Position numbers and translations under genes: made by a program. From Azolla caroliniana (Eukaryota > Plantae > Polypodiophyta), in the NCBI GenBank assembly GCA_043228905.1, contig JBHGNT010000011.1:1550001-1614000 (forward strand): 64,000 bases of DNA, read 5' to 3'. Under the pieces are notes generated by a model that saw nothing but the letters and a program-made list of their open reading frames with translations, did no database searches and was not told the origin of the DNA. Of this stretch, positions 1 through 14,443 are shown in pieces (the first letter of the stretch is position 1; each line of letters opens with the position of its first letter).

Positions 1-299
1 TGTAACTTAGTAATTACATAAATAGAATCTAGTTAGTGTGTTGATTATAAAGTCTTCAATAGGATTTTGTACTTAGTACTTAAATGGGATACATTCTAGA
101 TGCCTCACTTCCAAGTCCATTTAATATAGGACTTACACCCTTGTACCTATATTCTCCTCACACATGTGCGCCTTTGCACATGAGATGTATATATACCTCA
201 TTGTGGTTACTTTTGTAACTTGATGCTTATTAATATAAAGAAAGGTCTTTAAGCTATACTCGTGGTAATAATCCTCCATTGTGTTTTGTTCATAGGTGT

Positions 300-301
<2 letters not shown>

Positions 302-361
<60 letters not shown>
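302..361. repeat. Compound (CT)n(CA)n microsatellite
   Basis: Directly visible dinucleotide runs. Confidence 0.95.
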
Positions 362-3300
362 TCACATAGTCTTCCATTGCTAATCATATACATGATTAAC
401 TACTCACATAATTAGATACTAATTAATACTTAGTTAATTACCTAATTATTAACAAAAGTAATTGGTCATTGTTAGTCCATGTCATTTTACAGCTAATCCC
501 AAAGGCAAACTCTCAATCAAATCTCTCCAAATGAAGACCTTTGTAGCAAGAGGTAATTTAGAATGCCACCTATGAATATATGTTTGGCTAAGCTTTAAAC
601 ACATAATTGCACATAGTATAACTTATTATATGGTTCATAGAGAATATAGATACGGTATCGAAGCTTGTTGAGCAAAATGTGTACATGACAAAACATATGT
701 TTATATTTGATTTTAAGCCTTCCTTACGGAATATGAAGCAATCCTCTCCAATATTCACATCTGACAAGTTCCCTCAAAATTTCCTTGTTATAGTCAATAG
801 ATCGCAGAGAAGATGAGAAGACCCATCCTACTTAACTTGCTAGTTTCTTTATTTGATTTGGGAAATTCAAGTTGTAAAATTTATGAAACATGGCAGCAAT
901 ATGCAAGCCCAAAAACAAGATGCAAGAAGCAAGCATTAACTATACATAAGGATGGGGGTATGTATGTTGTTCTAAATATTGTTCTATACCAAAACATAAT
1001 TTCAATGGTTATTCTCTTCATTTCTATGTATCTCTCTTTTCTCACATGCAATGAATCTAAGAAACATGGTAGCTTTTTTGGAAAAAAAAAAAAAAAAAAA
1101 CATGGTAGCTTGTATTTGAATAACCATGTTAAACTACATGCGTATTATGGTTTTTAATAAGTTCACCTTACCTATTTAGAGGTTATTTGATATTGCCTTC
1201 CATATAACTAGGCATTTTTTTTAAAGCCATTGCGCTAAGCTATCATGGAATTTTCATTCTTTGGGATATAAGTGTTGGTTCACTATTGTAAAAAGTGATT
1301 TTGTGGAGCCCTATTGTCGAAGAAAAGTGCTAGTTAATTGTCAAGAGTAATGACTTTACAAGTAAAAACATGAATGCATTTATAATGAACGCACCATTAG
1401 ATCCATTACTTTTAGACTTTAATTTCGTAAATGGTCATTAAAGGCAATATTCAACATTGTGCATTATCACATAATGTCTTCTTTTCGTTCCTTCTCTATA
1501 ATAATGTAGCAATTAATAATAAATAGTATCCCTAAATTTATTATTAAGAATGGGCATTTTTATGGAAACCATCCATTTTATCCTTCTCTCTTAAATACTT
1601 TACTTACTGAAGGTACTCTTTTTTTATAGAATGAATGTTTCGAATTTTCACACTAAGTTGCGAGTAGTAAATTAAACATCAATCTTGACTTCATAAACTG
1701 GTTAAATGCCAAAAACATGCAAACATACATTTAATGTCTAAAATAAGACGAATACCAAGAGACCCTTGAAAACTCAAAATCATTTATTTAATGAGCTTAG
1801 TTGGATGAGCTTCTTAGTATTAATTTGTTTTAGGGCAAGTTTGTTTTCACCTACATTACTCATTTTCAAATGAATGCATCATCATAGTCGAATTTATTAT
1901 CTCTTCACCCTCTCCATCCCTTTATCACACACCGCAAATAGGTGTCGTAACTCTTGGAAAATTAAGGATCTAAACTTATAGTTCTACAATGAGGATGCAC
2001 AAAAATGTTGAATGCCATCATTTCTCCTCAACATCATATCATAATGGGAAGAGGAGTACCCAAAGTCCCGATATAAGATAAACAAGGAAGAGCAAGAAGA
2101 GATTGACTAAGGCGAGAACGAACGCATTTTGGATCTAATGTGGCCTTCCATAAACCCTTGATTGTAGAAGCTCATGATATTGAGAACATTGTTTGAAGAA
2201 TGGTAGGTAAATGGGTTCTTTCTCACATGAGAAAATGTTGAAAAACATATAGTATTATTTTCAATCTTCTTTATGGGATGTGTGCCCACCTCAATCTTAC
2301 CCTTCCTATGATTGTCTACATCGATTACACTATTGAGCATGTTCTACATTGGGTTACTCACCTCAAGAGATTGTGTTGAAAGAATAAGAAGAAACGCTAA
2401 TACATGTTGGCTTGTGCATCGATTGTGTAACCATGTGTGCTGAAAAAATAAGTGTTGTGGCACTTTGTCCTAGGAGCATCAAGGGGGAGAGAGAAAGAGA
2501 GAGCACATGTTCGAGGTATCCATTGGTACCCATCATCGGGAGTAACTTGCTATCCTTAGGCTTCGAAACATGTGATGAATTATGGACATCTACAATAAAG
2601 AATGTCAATGATGTGCAACATCAATCAAGGGCATATGATTCTAGTTTGATTTGTCCATGGCAAGTTTTCGAGGAAAAGAGACCAATGTTTGGAGAGGTCC
2701 ATCCCCGAAGTTGTTTTTTGAGACCTATACATAGCCAAGATAGAGAAAGCGTCCCCTTTGTTGCCATTGGTGTAGACTTCCTAGATACGTCAATCTACCT
2801 GTAAAAATAGGATGTGCACACACAATATAGACTTCCATAACAAATATGGTACCAATACTCAACTATGGTTTCAAAATTGTCCATAATGTACGCTCTAATA
2901 GTCGTTGTTGGTGCCAATAATGATGCATATGTAAAAGTTTGTAGTATTGCAACAAGATGATGATCAATTGCGGTGCATCAAAATGTCTTTGGTGGGTCAT
3001 TTGTATATTATCCTCATTGAGCTCACCAGAAGCCATTTCTATCGTAAGTTTTAAGGATGAAGTTTTCTAAAAGCAAGATCTTCAGAATTGGTCTTTCTTT
3101 GAGACATATGGAAGCATATAAGACGTTAAAATTCTCATGATATACCTTTGACATCAAACCACCTTCCACTTCTAGCAAATTAATTTTCTCTAGATTTGTT
3201 TTAACCTCAATTAATATTCTAATTTTCCTTTATAACACCCTCGTCAAAAGCAAGCATTTTTTGTTTCCTGATTAAGATAATTGAAAGATTTTAAGACTCT

Positions 3301-3733
3301 AGGAATGCATGAGGTGTTGCATGAAATCTAGACCTAGGACATTCAGGATTTCTAAGGAATGTATGTTAGGAATTGCTATATACAAACATTACATTAGACA
3401 ATGTGTGTGTAGGTACAAAAAAGTAAGATGATTAAAGAATTAAAATTGGAAGAGCAAACCGTGATTCATGCAATCTGAAACAAACTTATAAAGTTTAAAT
3501 ATACTCAAACATGTAAACATGCTAGGTGTTAACTTGCAAATAAAAATATATAGCAATAATGTACATAATGACTTGATGTGATGTAATCAGTCACATTCAT
3601 ATCCTCGTCTAGAGTAGATAACATCAATTGTTTGAGGATTTGCTAAGATTATTTGAGTATTTATCTCATATGTAGATTTGATGATTTATGTTTTATCATG
3701 AATTCTCAATTAGTACAAGTGATAGTTTTCAAG

Positions 3734-3867
3734 TTGTTAATTCTCTTACTTGACAAGCTAAGTACATTTGTTTCATTTTAACTTGAAGTATCGATCAATA
3801 CCAACCATGGTTTTTGAATTGTTAATTCTCTTACCTATCAAGCGAAATACTTTAGTTTCATTTTAAA
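3734..3867. repeat. Short degenerate tandem duplication (about 86-bp period)
   Basis: TTGTTAATTCTCTTAC...GTTTCATTTTAA occurs twice in succession. Confidence 0.7.
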
Positions 3868-4771
3868 ATCTTTCATATCCAGGTAAGGTTCATAGGATCT
3901 ATCGTCAAAAACTTAGATTACAATTATGTCCAATTGGACTATCATTGGCTTTCCATTCAATACATGTATTTGAAGACAAAGGCTCTCTTTAAGATTATAT
4001 AAATCTTTCATCATAAGAAAAAGCTTTAGGTGACATCCTTATCAGTTGATACGATTTTATTTCCATGGAATCAAGCATATATGTTACATCATCCCATTAG
4101 CAAAACGAGGATGGAACTTATCATAGCATCAAAATATTTTAATGTTCTTATCAATAATGATTTTGTTGAAGGGCGCCCTTCTCGACATTCTTGTAATGAG
4201 TCTGAAGTAGTAGAGATGCTATAAACTTGACAAACTATCATTACCTAAGTTTACAATTCATTTTGGGTAGATGAAACAAAGATCCATGGGGAACTTTTGG
4301 CATATTCAAAGAAAGAAATAGATAAAATGACATGTTTGTTCCATGAAGTTACCCATCTCATAGAAATGAGCCAATAACTTATTGATTTGTGGCATTACCT
4401 ACCAACACCATTGAAGTGTAATCTATTCTCTAGAGAGACAATTCTTGCAAGTCTTTGGAAAAATGAAGTTCATTGTAACATTTTTAAAATGCTTTAAACT
4501 TCACTTGTTTATCCATGTCTTTGTAAAGCGCTATGTTCTAATCAAATGTTTCAAATTTGTTGGTCATCAATTGCCAAAAGGGTACTAAAATCTAGTATTG
4601 AACCAAAATTAATGTAGCTTATTCTCCCTCTAAAAATTTATAATACAATTAAACTGGTAAAAAATGACCTTGGTTCTAGGTAGTATCTTGATATTGTTAA
4701 AGATTTTTCCTCAATAATAAAAAGGGAGTACTTACACCATTGAGTTTTCTGAATGAGAGAGTTTTTCCTCT

Positions 4772-4829
4772 TTGTCCATTTGATTTGTGTGTACGTGTGG
4801 TTGTCCATTTGATTTGTGTGTACGTGTGG
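4772..4829. repeat. 29-bp perfect tandem duplication
   Basis: TTGTCCATTTGATTTGTGTGTACGTGTGG x2. Confidence 0.9.
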
Positions 4830-6166
4830 GTTCCATGCACTAAGGTACATATATGTATTGTTAGTCCTACTTTAACAAATAAATACCTTATACTTTACCG
4901 TTATGGTTTGTAAATGCAAAAGGTAGGATTGGATACTTCTCCTTAACTTAATAGTAAGCCTCAATTACTATCTAGAATTACTTTAGTCTTCTTGCCTTCA
5001 ACAACTTAACTACTAAATCTTTGAAGATTAAATGATATACAAAAGGGATATTGGAATCCCCATAAAAAAGTGGGGATAATCAAGTGAATGAAGACTCATG
5101 GAACATGACACCAAGTAACAATGTCCTTCTTGGGTGACAAAACTAATTGTAAATAAATGATCATGCTTTACTTGATGGTAGTTGCTCCATCGAGTAATGT
5201 AAAGGAGGTTTCATTGTAGGATTATTCATTCCAAGTGCGGATAATGTAGAATTAAAGGCTCTAAAATATAACTTTACCAAGTTCATGCTTGGTGTTAAAA
5301 GATTTATGCATCTTGATTACACGACATTCATTTGAGTGCTACTTGTTTGGGAGAAGGTAGTGCGACAAAGTCCACATGTAAGATACATAATTCTTATGCT
5401 TGTGATGGAGGAATTCACTTCTATACAATATCAAACTCGAGGAATTCAATTGTATATGATATATAGACCCCATGTTTGAACTATTATGGCTAAAACAAGG
5501 CTTGAATTCTATGACATTTAAGTAATAAAAATCTATAGGACTAAGGAATAGGCATCATTTATCTTTTTGTAGGATGATAGGCACCCCCTTATGGTAATTT
5601 TGTTGAAGGTTGCATTGGCCTTAAGATTGGGGATGGGCAAGCAATGTTGACTTTTTTATCGTTATATGGACAAGTGAGGTGTCACATTCTTGTCTAATTG
5701 AGGTCTTGCATCACATCTTTATTGCGGTCCATTGTTGTCACAACTATTGACATTTAGCTAAGGGAGAACTTACACTCATAGTCAAATATCAATGTGTTTG
5801 ATTGTGCATGTGAGCCATCAAATTTTGAAGCTCTAATATGTTTGATGAGCCAACCATTAAAGAGTGAGGTATGGATGTATCATTGTGTGACTGAATCAAT
5901 GAAATTCAAAGTATTGATTTGTCAGTAAGATCAAGAGAATGATGATTAATATTCCATCCCATGTTGATGTGCCACACTTCCATATTCAAAGCTTGCATAA
6001 CGGATGGTTGGAAATCTTGTGCTCATTCTTGTTGCCTAACATGGTTCAATGATCGTGGTGTTTGGAAATGAGGAGAGTGAAAAGGAAAGTGTTACAATGG
6101 TCTCAGAAAGATGCACTCGAAGTGTTTATGATAAGAAGATGGAAATTGTGGAAACAAAAACTTGCT

Positions 6167-6168
<2 letters not shown>

Positions 6169-6206
<38 letters not shown>
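6169..6206. repeat. (GA)n microsatellite
   Basis: Directly visible. Confidence 0.95.
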
Positions 6207-6210
<4 letters not shown>

Positions 6211-7620
6211 GTGTGTGAGTTTGTGAGAGTGTCATCCAAAAATTGTTTGACAAAGATGGTCGATGCAAAAATGGCCAACACCCAACCCCATGAATGCATA
6301 TATCATGCTAACAAGCAACAATACTATTGGGGGTGGTAAGGAATCTAAGTGTGACAAGGAATGAGAAAATGCCCAAAAGGTGATTGATAAAGACGATTAT
6401 TAATGCAAAAATGGCCAACATGCCACACCCATTAATAGTAATGACAATCCAAGAAGATAAAGGGGGAGGTGGGGGTCAAGGAAGGAAAGATGGAATGGAA
6501 TAAGATTCTATCCTTTTCAATGTAGTTGAAAGTGTGGTTGTAAAATAGGGTTAATTTAATAGATCATACTTTTGGACACTTACGGGAAAACCTTTCCATC
6601 CGTGCCGCACTAATAATTTATTTATCTATCAATCATATCCTCCCATTGTTGTGTTAAAACTAAGTCCTTTTCTTTAGCTACAATTTGTTCTTATGGTGTT
6701 TTCTTATCTCTTAATTCTTCATTCAATTGTTTTGTCTGTGTCCCTCTAACCAAACGATTTTAGCGAGTGTCCCATGTGTCTATCCCTATGTAGGAAGGAC
6801 ATTGATGATACATGTTGTCGCACTAGGGTGGACCATGGGTGTCACATTTGGTGAAATGGTACATAGAATGCTCTGTTGGTAATGTGTTGCAGTGGGCCAC
6901 ATGTCGACAAGAGTCTACACACAATAATTGACAACATGTATTGAGAGGTTGACAATGACCAACACGAAAGGGGTGGAGGGACATGAAAAAGCAATATTTC
7001 ATAACTTGCTTTAGTTGGACACATCATTCACACCTTTGATGGGGAACAAAACCAATTTATGAGCCTGATAATCTAGTGATGCTCATTGTTGATTGTCATA
7101 CATGGAAGGGAAGCCATGATTACCATGTCTAAACATGGTTGCTAACATTCTCCCTCAGTTGGTACTCTATGTAGAATGCTTGATTGTTCTTTCTCGAGTA
7201 TGTTACATGTAAGGAATAATAAGGAAAGGACATTATCAACCAATTGAAAGAAGCATCATTCATGTGTATGCAAGTAAGAAACAATTAACAAAGAGAGGGC
7301 ATGATGGAAAGGGACCAAAAACTTTGAGTTTCACATCAACATTAACATTGTTTAGTTTGTTTCACTACCCAAAATGTGTTGAATATTAAAGGAGGAGAAG
7401 CTGTAAAATAAGTCAATGTATATATATATACATATACACACATACACATATTCCTTTATAGATAAATACAAAGAATTCCTTCATAATTGTAATGCTTATA
7501 TGATTGTAAAAACCTTTAATAAACACTAATGTGATCCAATTGTCATCCAATTCTTTTCTTCTTTTTTGTGAAGTGATTTATGTGCTTTTGAGTTTAGTAA
7601 TATAATGTACACTATAGGGT

Positions 7621-7702
<82 letters not shown>
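7621..7702. repeat. (CT)n microsatellite
   Basis: Directly visible. Confidence 0.95.
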
Positions 7703-7704
<2 letters not shown>

Positions 7705-8954
7705 CCCCCTTTTTGTGAACAAAGTGGGAAGATCCGAGGATGGATGAAAAAAATGCTTCGAAGCTACATAGATTGTTACATGATCATTGTCTCTATGCAT
7801 AAGCATTTCTTCCAAACCGATGCCACAACCAGACATGAACCCATGCACAACTATACTTTGATCTCTATCCTCAAATATGTGCGCTCGTACATACATTACT
7901 TTTTGATAGGTTATATATGTTTATTATAACTCTCCATATGTGTTTTGTTTTTCTCATGGTTTCCTTATTATATGATCTAAATTTAAGGAGATCTTTATAT
8001 GTGTTAACATTTGGTGTAAAAATACATAGTATATTTATTACTTACGAGATTTTGTAGACGAGGTGAGCACTTGGTGGTGGGGATAAACAAGTTATTTTCT
8101 CATCGATTCCTTTATTACGGATTAGATCTTGCACACAAGGCACAAGATACTACTCATTCTCATTCTTACTTTTTCTAGCTTTCACACTTGTAAGGTTGAC
8201 TAAGATCTCTATTGCTCCTAAGATGGGGGTTTTGTAGTTCCCTTCAATAGCCCCTATTTTCCTAGGCATATGTTCACATTAAGATTGGAAAATATGGAAT
8301 ATGTTTTAAAGAGGAGTTGGGCTCCCATATAAAGTACAATATGGTACAAAATGGGGATGTTGATATTACTAAATACCATTGGGTGTTTAGGCGTGTTTCT
8401 CATTTTCAAGCTCTAACATCTAGCAAACACAATTCCATCCCTCTCTTTGATGCCCCTAGTTCATGCTTCCTCCATCCCCACGGAAGATTGTGATATTTGG
8501 ATGGCCTAGGATCAAATGTTGTGAGTGTTATGCTTCCCTTGGAAATTTAATAGTCCCTTGATCGATTCTCTATGTTGTGTGCCAATTGTTAGTTGCTCCA
8601 TACAAACCAAATCTTTCTTTGAGGGAAGTGCATTGGGAGGTTCTACCAACATGTGTGTTTTAGAGAGATATTTGAACAATAATTTATGATTTCTTATAAG
8701 ACTGTCTACTTAAAATTATGTAATTGAGTGCCATGATGATTGCGATATTCAGAGAGGGTGGAACAATTGTGACCATCGAGAGGGTGTAGAATGATTTTGA
8801 TATTGAGACCCGGTGATTCACAACCTTTCTCATGCATTGGAACCCCTGTGTGAGAGCTTTCTAGATGTCATATGATGGGGTTGGAATATTCCTCTTATTT
8901 GCTAACAATTTCTAACTTGATTATAGATTTAGTTAAACTATGCACACATTTGTA

Positions 8955-9400
8955 ACAACCTTTTCATACTACACTAGCTTTCATTGGAGGGTGCCCCATT
9001 GGTGTTTATCAAATATCTTTGTCAGTAGTTTGTGTCATCTTTGTGAGCCTTTTGATAGCTTGGCTTGATCTTTTTGCCATGCTCCATCTTACAACCGCCT
9101 TATCATACTTCACTACTTTTTGTTGGAAGTTGCATAATGGATGCAATTATCAAAGTTCTTCATCGATTGTCAGTACCACATCTTTGAATCTTTGGATAGC
9201 TTTGCTTGCTCTTTTGTTCTATTCCATGCGAAATCTCCCCACCTCTTTTATTTTCTGGATGGCTTTCAGTTCACCTATACACATGGCATTTGTAGCCACC
9301 TTTTCATACTTCACTAGGTTTCCATGGAGGGTTGTCCGATTGATTCAATTGTTGTCTATTGTCTATACCACCTCTTTGAGTCTTTGGGTAGCTTTGATTG
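8955..9400. repeat. Three degenerate direct repeats, probably within a decayed retroelement
   Basis: CCTT(T/A)TCATACT(T/A)CACTA recurs near 8959, 9098 and 9299. The last two copies also share TACCAC(A/C)TCTTTGA(A/G)TCTTTGG(A/G)TAGCTTTG. Element family not assignable. Confidence 0.55.
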
Positions 9401-11416
9401 TGAAAATTCAACATCCCATTGGTACATGATGAATGTTGACATTTTAAGTCGACAATTAATAATACATTGATATTGGAATGATGCCTTAATACCAATCGGA
9501 GACATGCCAAACAAGCAACCTCTTCATGGATAAACTCATAGACGTCACCCTAACAAATAAGGCTATTTATTGTTCGTTCTCATACTAACATATTAGTTCT
9601 TCAATCTCATATCAAGAAAGCGTCTTATGAGGTATTACATCGGTAATGAACCCAATCCCTCATTGTATTGCACCCAATACATACATGACTAACCATAAAG
9701 CCATGTTTGCGAAGGGCCATGATATGATTAAAACTTCATTGGAAAAAACCTATCTAGTGGATACTTGTATTGAGAACATATTGCAATATTTTTTTGTTAT
9801 CAAAACATGTTCCTTGTTAATGGAGGAACAAATTGAATATTGTTGAAGTAACAATGATTCAAGCTCCCCTTGTGATCATTTGAATGTGTAGTTTCTTTGG
9901 GGGAAATGACAATCTATAATCAATCTATATTCGGTAGGTTCGAGATATTTTGACAAGTTTCTAGCAAAGAATCATACAAAAAACATATTACAACATTTGT
10001 TCAACGTGAAAGAAGCTTGCATTCTTCCAACGACAATCCACATCACGACAAGAGGGATGTGGAATCGATCCTAGGAAGGAAATATGTATATATATGTACA
10101 TACCTATACCTATACCTATAGATAGGTAGATAGATGTGCACAAATTCATGCTATAGGACCTAGCAACACAAGGATCGAATCAATTACGTGTAGTAGTGTT
10201 ATTTCAATATTAAGGCTTTAGTAGGTTGGACTTCTTTCATCGTTGTACTTGAACTTTGATTTATGATAAATATTGTACACATACTGTACACACACATGCA
10301 CGCACGCACGTTAAGATGAGTGGAGAACTTACCTTTAAGACATCTAATTCAATACTAATTGAAATTACACCAAAAGGGATACGACAACTAAAGTTGGTTT
10401 TTGATATTTCTCCACACTAGGAGTAATGTTTGAGATCATTACATACATGAATCTCTAACCTTCATTACAATATATATAACGTTTCCTAAGTTTCACAAAG
10501 TTATACTTAACATAATGGTTGAGTCACTGTGACAATGCACTTTCAAGCTTGAGAACTTGCCTTGTGGTTCTCCTTTTAACGATAAGAAGTTTTGATAATG
10601 ACTTAGTATTCTCTATGTATAGTTTAATGTTAGAGGAATGAAACACGTTAAGAAGAATTATGATAGGAAAGAGTGGTATTAGTTATGAAAATCGTTCGGC
10701 GATGATGATGACTTCATATTTGAAGCTAGTTATTTTATCTCGAACATTTTATCTTCGATTGATTTACAAACTATGTATTGAATAATAATTTTTGGGAATT
10801 TGATTGACACCTCAATTTTTATTCTTTTTTGTAGCATAAGTTTTATGAGAAATTATGGGCACTAGCACAATAGAGGATGCACGGATGACTTGTGAGACAG
10901 GAGAACATGATCTAGACCAATGGAGAATCTCGTTTTTGTTGGACATCGATATCATGAAGTGACACAAACTTGCTTATGACTAGTTGTTAGGTAGTTAACA
11001 ACTATGCAAGGCTTAGCACAAGGCTATTTGTATTTGATGACATTACAAATACCAAGCGGTTCTAAATTTTAGAAATCTTGAGATTGTTAAATATTTAGCA
11101 TGTAAGTGTTGAGTGAGGGGGAAAGCACATGAGTGTGCAATGATCAATACGTGTGGGAGCAAGGAGTTGGCACAAGTGATGAATGTCAAGGGTGGGACGT
11201 GACCTTGGGACGTGAGCGAGGTCACAACGACGACACTGACTCTTTGATCATGTTACAAGGTTGTGAAGACAATGAACGTAACCTTTAAGGTATAATATAT
11301 ATATATAGATATAGATATAATTGTGGTGGTGATGGTGGTAGTAAGGGAGACAAGTTTGAAGGTAAGACCATCGCTCGTCATTTTAACTTTGGGACATGGG
11401 CAAGGACATCAAAGGG

Positions 11417-11420
<4 letters not shown>

Positions 11421-11457
<37 letters not shown>
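11421..11457. repeat. (GA)n microsatellite
   Basis: Directly visible. Confidence 0.95.
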
Positions 11458-11467
<10 letters not shown>

Positions 11468-14327
11468 CCCTAAGGAAAATTGAGTGTGCTTGTGCGTGTG
11501 ATACCATGTGAAGACATGAATGAGTAGGGGGGGGTACAATGTACATACATCCATGATGTTTGTACATGTACAAAAGGGAAGATAATGAATTAATTATTGA
11601 AGGGTGTGCATGAAAACAAGGGAAGGGCACATGGTATATGTTGTTGTTGATGATGATATATATGGGGGGGTGAGAATTATGTAATTGGATCGAGAGAGAG
11701 TATAATAGTATAGTTGGTGCTAGTGATGATGGTGATCAACCTCGAAGATTGAATTGAATAATAATGCTCGCTCTCGATGCTACCTCTTTTTTTTAATCGC
11801 CTTCCTAGAAGAGCAAAAAGTCAAGCAACACAAAATATGTTCTTGAGACGATGATGTTTTGATGCTTCTTATCTACGCCGACTTTCCTCTGAGGTTTGTG
11901 TCACTATATCATATATATTTATACATCATATGATGTGTGTAGGTGCACGCATGTGGTGTGGTGCTATCGAATCTCACATAAGTAAGCTCCCATATAGACA
12001 CCTAACTAGGTTATGTTGTGTCTCAAATGTAGCATGCTACAAAAAATTGTTGGAACATTATAACAATGGTCCTCTCAAATGCCATGAACATTTTTGTACA
12101 AGACTTATCTTCTTCTTGTCAAGAGACTACACCATGCTGATCACACCATGCTGCACTAGCTATTTGATAATGATCGATTGTTAGCATTTTAATGAATCAC
12201 GGATAATGGAAAATGCCACTCTTTCCCTCAAAGAAATTTGCCGACATTTGACTGTGCTTAACTTATTACTGCTCCACGTCACATGTCACTAAATTTCCCA
12301 ACAACATTTAGCATGTGGTGAATCACCATTGTTTAGTTTATTTCTTATATGCTTTGTCCTTGCGTGTTTTGCACTTGCACATCCAAATTTGTCCACTATG
12401 ATTTTAAGAGCCTTTGCATTATTGTATGTGATTGAGTCTTTGGTCCTTGCCAACATTCACTACAGTGTAGAGTTTATCGTAATGACTCATTGAGACTATT
12501 GGTCCAAACTCGGTATGTCCTTATTCCAACTAATGGGGAGGATTGTCCTTGGGTAAAAAGCATCATTGTAAGGTGGAACACAAATTGACCTAAAGGATGG
12601 ATCATCGCACATCTTGTCGAGATGTTGTAAAGGACGTGAATCATCTTATAATCAAGGTACTTGAGAATGGACAGTATGGACAAGCAATGACCCATCGGGC
12701 CACTAGGAGGTCAATTACTTAAGCAAGCAAACAAAAATGACCTAAAAAGGAAGATATATCTCCCAAGAAATGGCATACATTCATGGAACACTTAGTTTGA
12801 GCCACCTTTTGATGTTGTTATCACTAGCATACTCTCCCTTCCTTCCTCAAAAGGATCAAGCACAAGGGGATGGCACATTCTGGGGTAAACATGCAATGGT
12901 TTCCATTTATAGTCACCATCTCTAGAATGTTGGGCTACCTATAAAGACAAGCCAAAGTGTGATTGGCATGAGCACCACCACCCAGAATGTGTGGCACAGG
13001 AGCTTGTGCTACTGCTACTCGAAGGGGCAGGTTGGTGAATGAGAGTTTGTTTTTTGGCTATTCGAGATCCATAATAATAACGAATGCATGTATGTGTGCA
13101 AGTGTGTGGGTTGGACCCGAAGCAGATGTGTGGGTGTGTTTCGGGGATTGGCAACCAACTCATTCATTCCTTTTATTCGGTGCGAAGAACAATACCACCA
13201 ATGATACATACACAGACATAGAGACAGAGACACGGACACAGAGGACCACATGCCCACCTCCTCGATGGCATCAGAATAGTGTCCAATGACCAAGGTTCTC
13301 GAGGCAATTTCCTGCCAAGGGAGCCCCAGGGCCGAGAAGAAACATGCGTGTGCACGGGGGCCCGATAGATAGATATATCATTGCTTTTCGATGCTCTCCC
13401 AAAGGGCTCTCTCCAAAGTAGTATTTTTTTTTTCTTTCTTTTTTATTTTTGTAGACCCCCCCCCCCCCCCCAACCCAATGAAAAACTTAAAGATACCAAA
13501 GGATTGCTTTTTCTTTCTTTTCTTTTTGCTTTTCTCAACATTCCTCGCGGACTTTATTTTGCTTATTTTGCTTTTTGCTTTTTGTTTGTTTTTTGCTTTT
13601 TCCTTGTTTGTTAGTTTATTCGTTTTTTTGACTCCACTTTTCTTGGTCTCGAAGGAAGACCACTCAAATAAACAAATATAATCCATCAATCGATTAATTA
13701 ATTAATTAACTAATAACTAATTATTTTACGGAGATTATTTGATTTTCTTGGGCGGAGGAGAGAGAGAGAGAGTGAGATCTTTTCTCGATCGTCGGATCAG
13801 CCGATGCGTTATATTCCTCTCTCTAGAAATTCCATTAATGGCCATTTTTCTCAAAAAAATAAAAAGAAAATAAAAAAACAAATCAGGGGCAAAAAATAGA
13901 AGGAATTTAAGCAGAAAATAAAAAGAAAAAGTAATTATAGAAGCGCGAAAAAAGAAGAAGAAAAATGGTGGTTGAGGGTTAAAGATGTAAATAAAAATAA
14001 ATAAATAAGAATAAGAATGAACTAAATGTATAAATAAATAGTTAAAAAATAAATAAATGTATAAAATTATAAATACGTGAATAAATAAATAAATAGATAT
14101 GTAAATAAATAAATAAATGACGAATTAATATTATTTATTTAGTTAATATTATTTTTCCGCTATTTATTTATTTTGCTGTTGTGCTACTTCCGCTTAACCA
14201 TGGTTAAGACAGTTAACCACACACCCTGGTTAAGCACCTCCTTATATACATACATACAAAAAACACAGAGACAGACAGACAGACAGAAGCCTGTGTCTGT
14301 GTCTGTTATCTGTATCTGTGTGTATAT

Positions 14328-14338
14328 ATATATATAAA
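14328..14338 (+). promoter_or_regulatory. Candidate TATA box of the PDR gene
   Basis: TATATAAAT lies about 105 bp upstream of a good splice donor (GAG|GTAATC at 14444). Inferred, with no transcript evidence. Confidence 0.35.
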
Positions 14339-14443
14339 TTAGGGCGGATTTATGAGGAAAGAGATCCTTTGCCTCTCGTCTAAGTCAAAATCAATCCAAT
14401 TTGCTTGCTTACCCTAATTACAATCGATCAGTGAAATCGCGAG

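Noticed and set aside
1940-6100. Possible decayed transposase or rolling-circle Rep (ASFEYGSVAHQH on the minus strand near 5960-6000)
   Set aside because: One short motif-like string bounded by stops with no supporting motifs; not assignable without a profile search.
6580-7300. Possible Copia gag relic on the minus strand
   Set aside because: Only faint similarity (ILLFHVPP..W); too degraded to support.
813-13700. Many 60-136 aa ORFs in the left AT-rich zone
   Set aside because: No recognisable domains; several are driven by (GA)n, poly-A or poly-T runs; no coherent exon chain.
14352-14417. 21-codon uORF before the putative 5'-UTR intron
   Set aside because: The ATG is only about 15 bp after the candidate TATA box, so probably upstream of the transcription start; no evidence it is transcribed.
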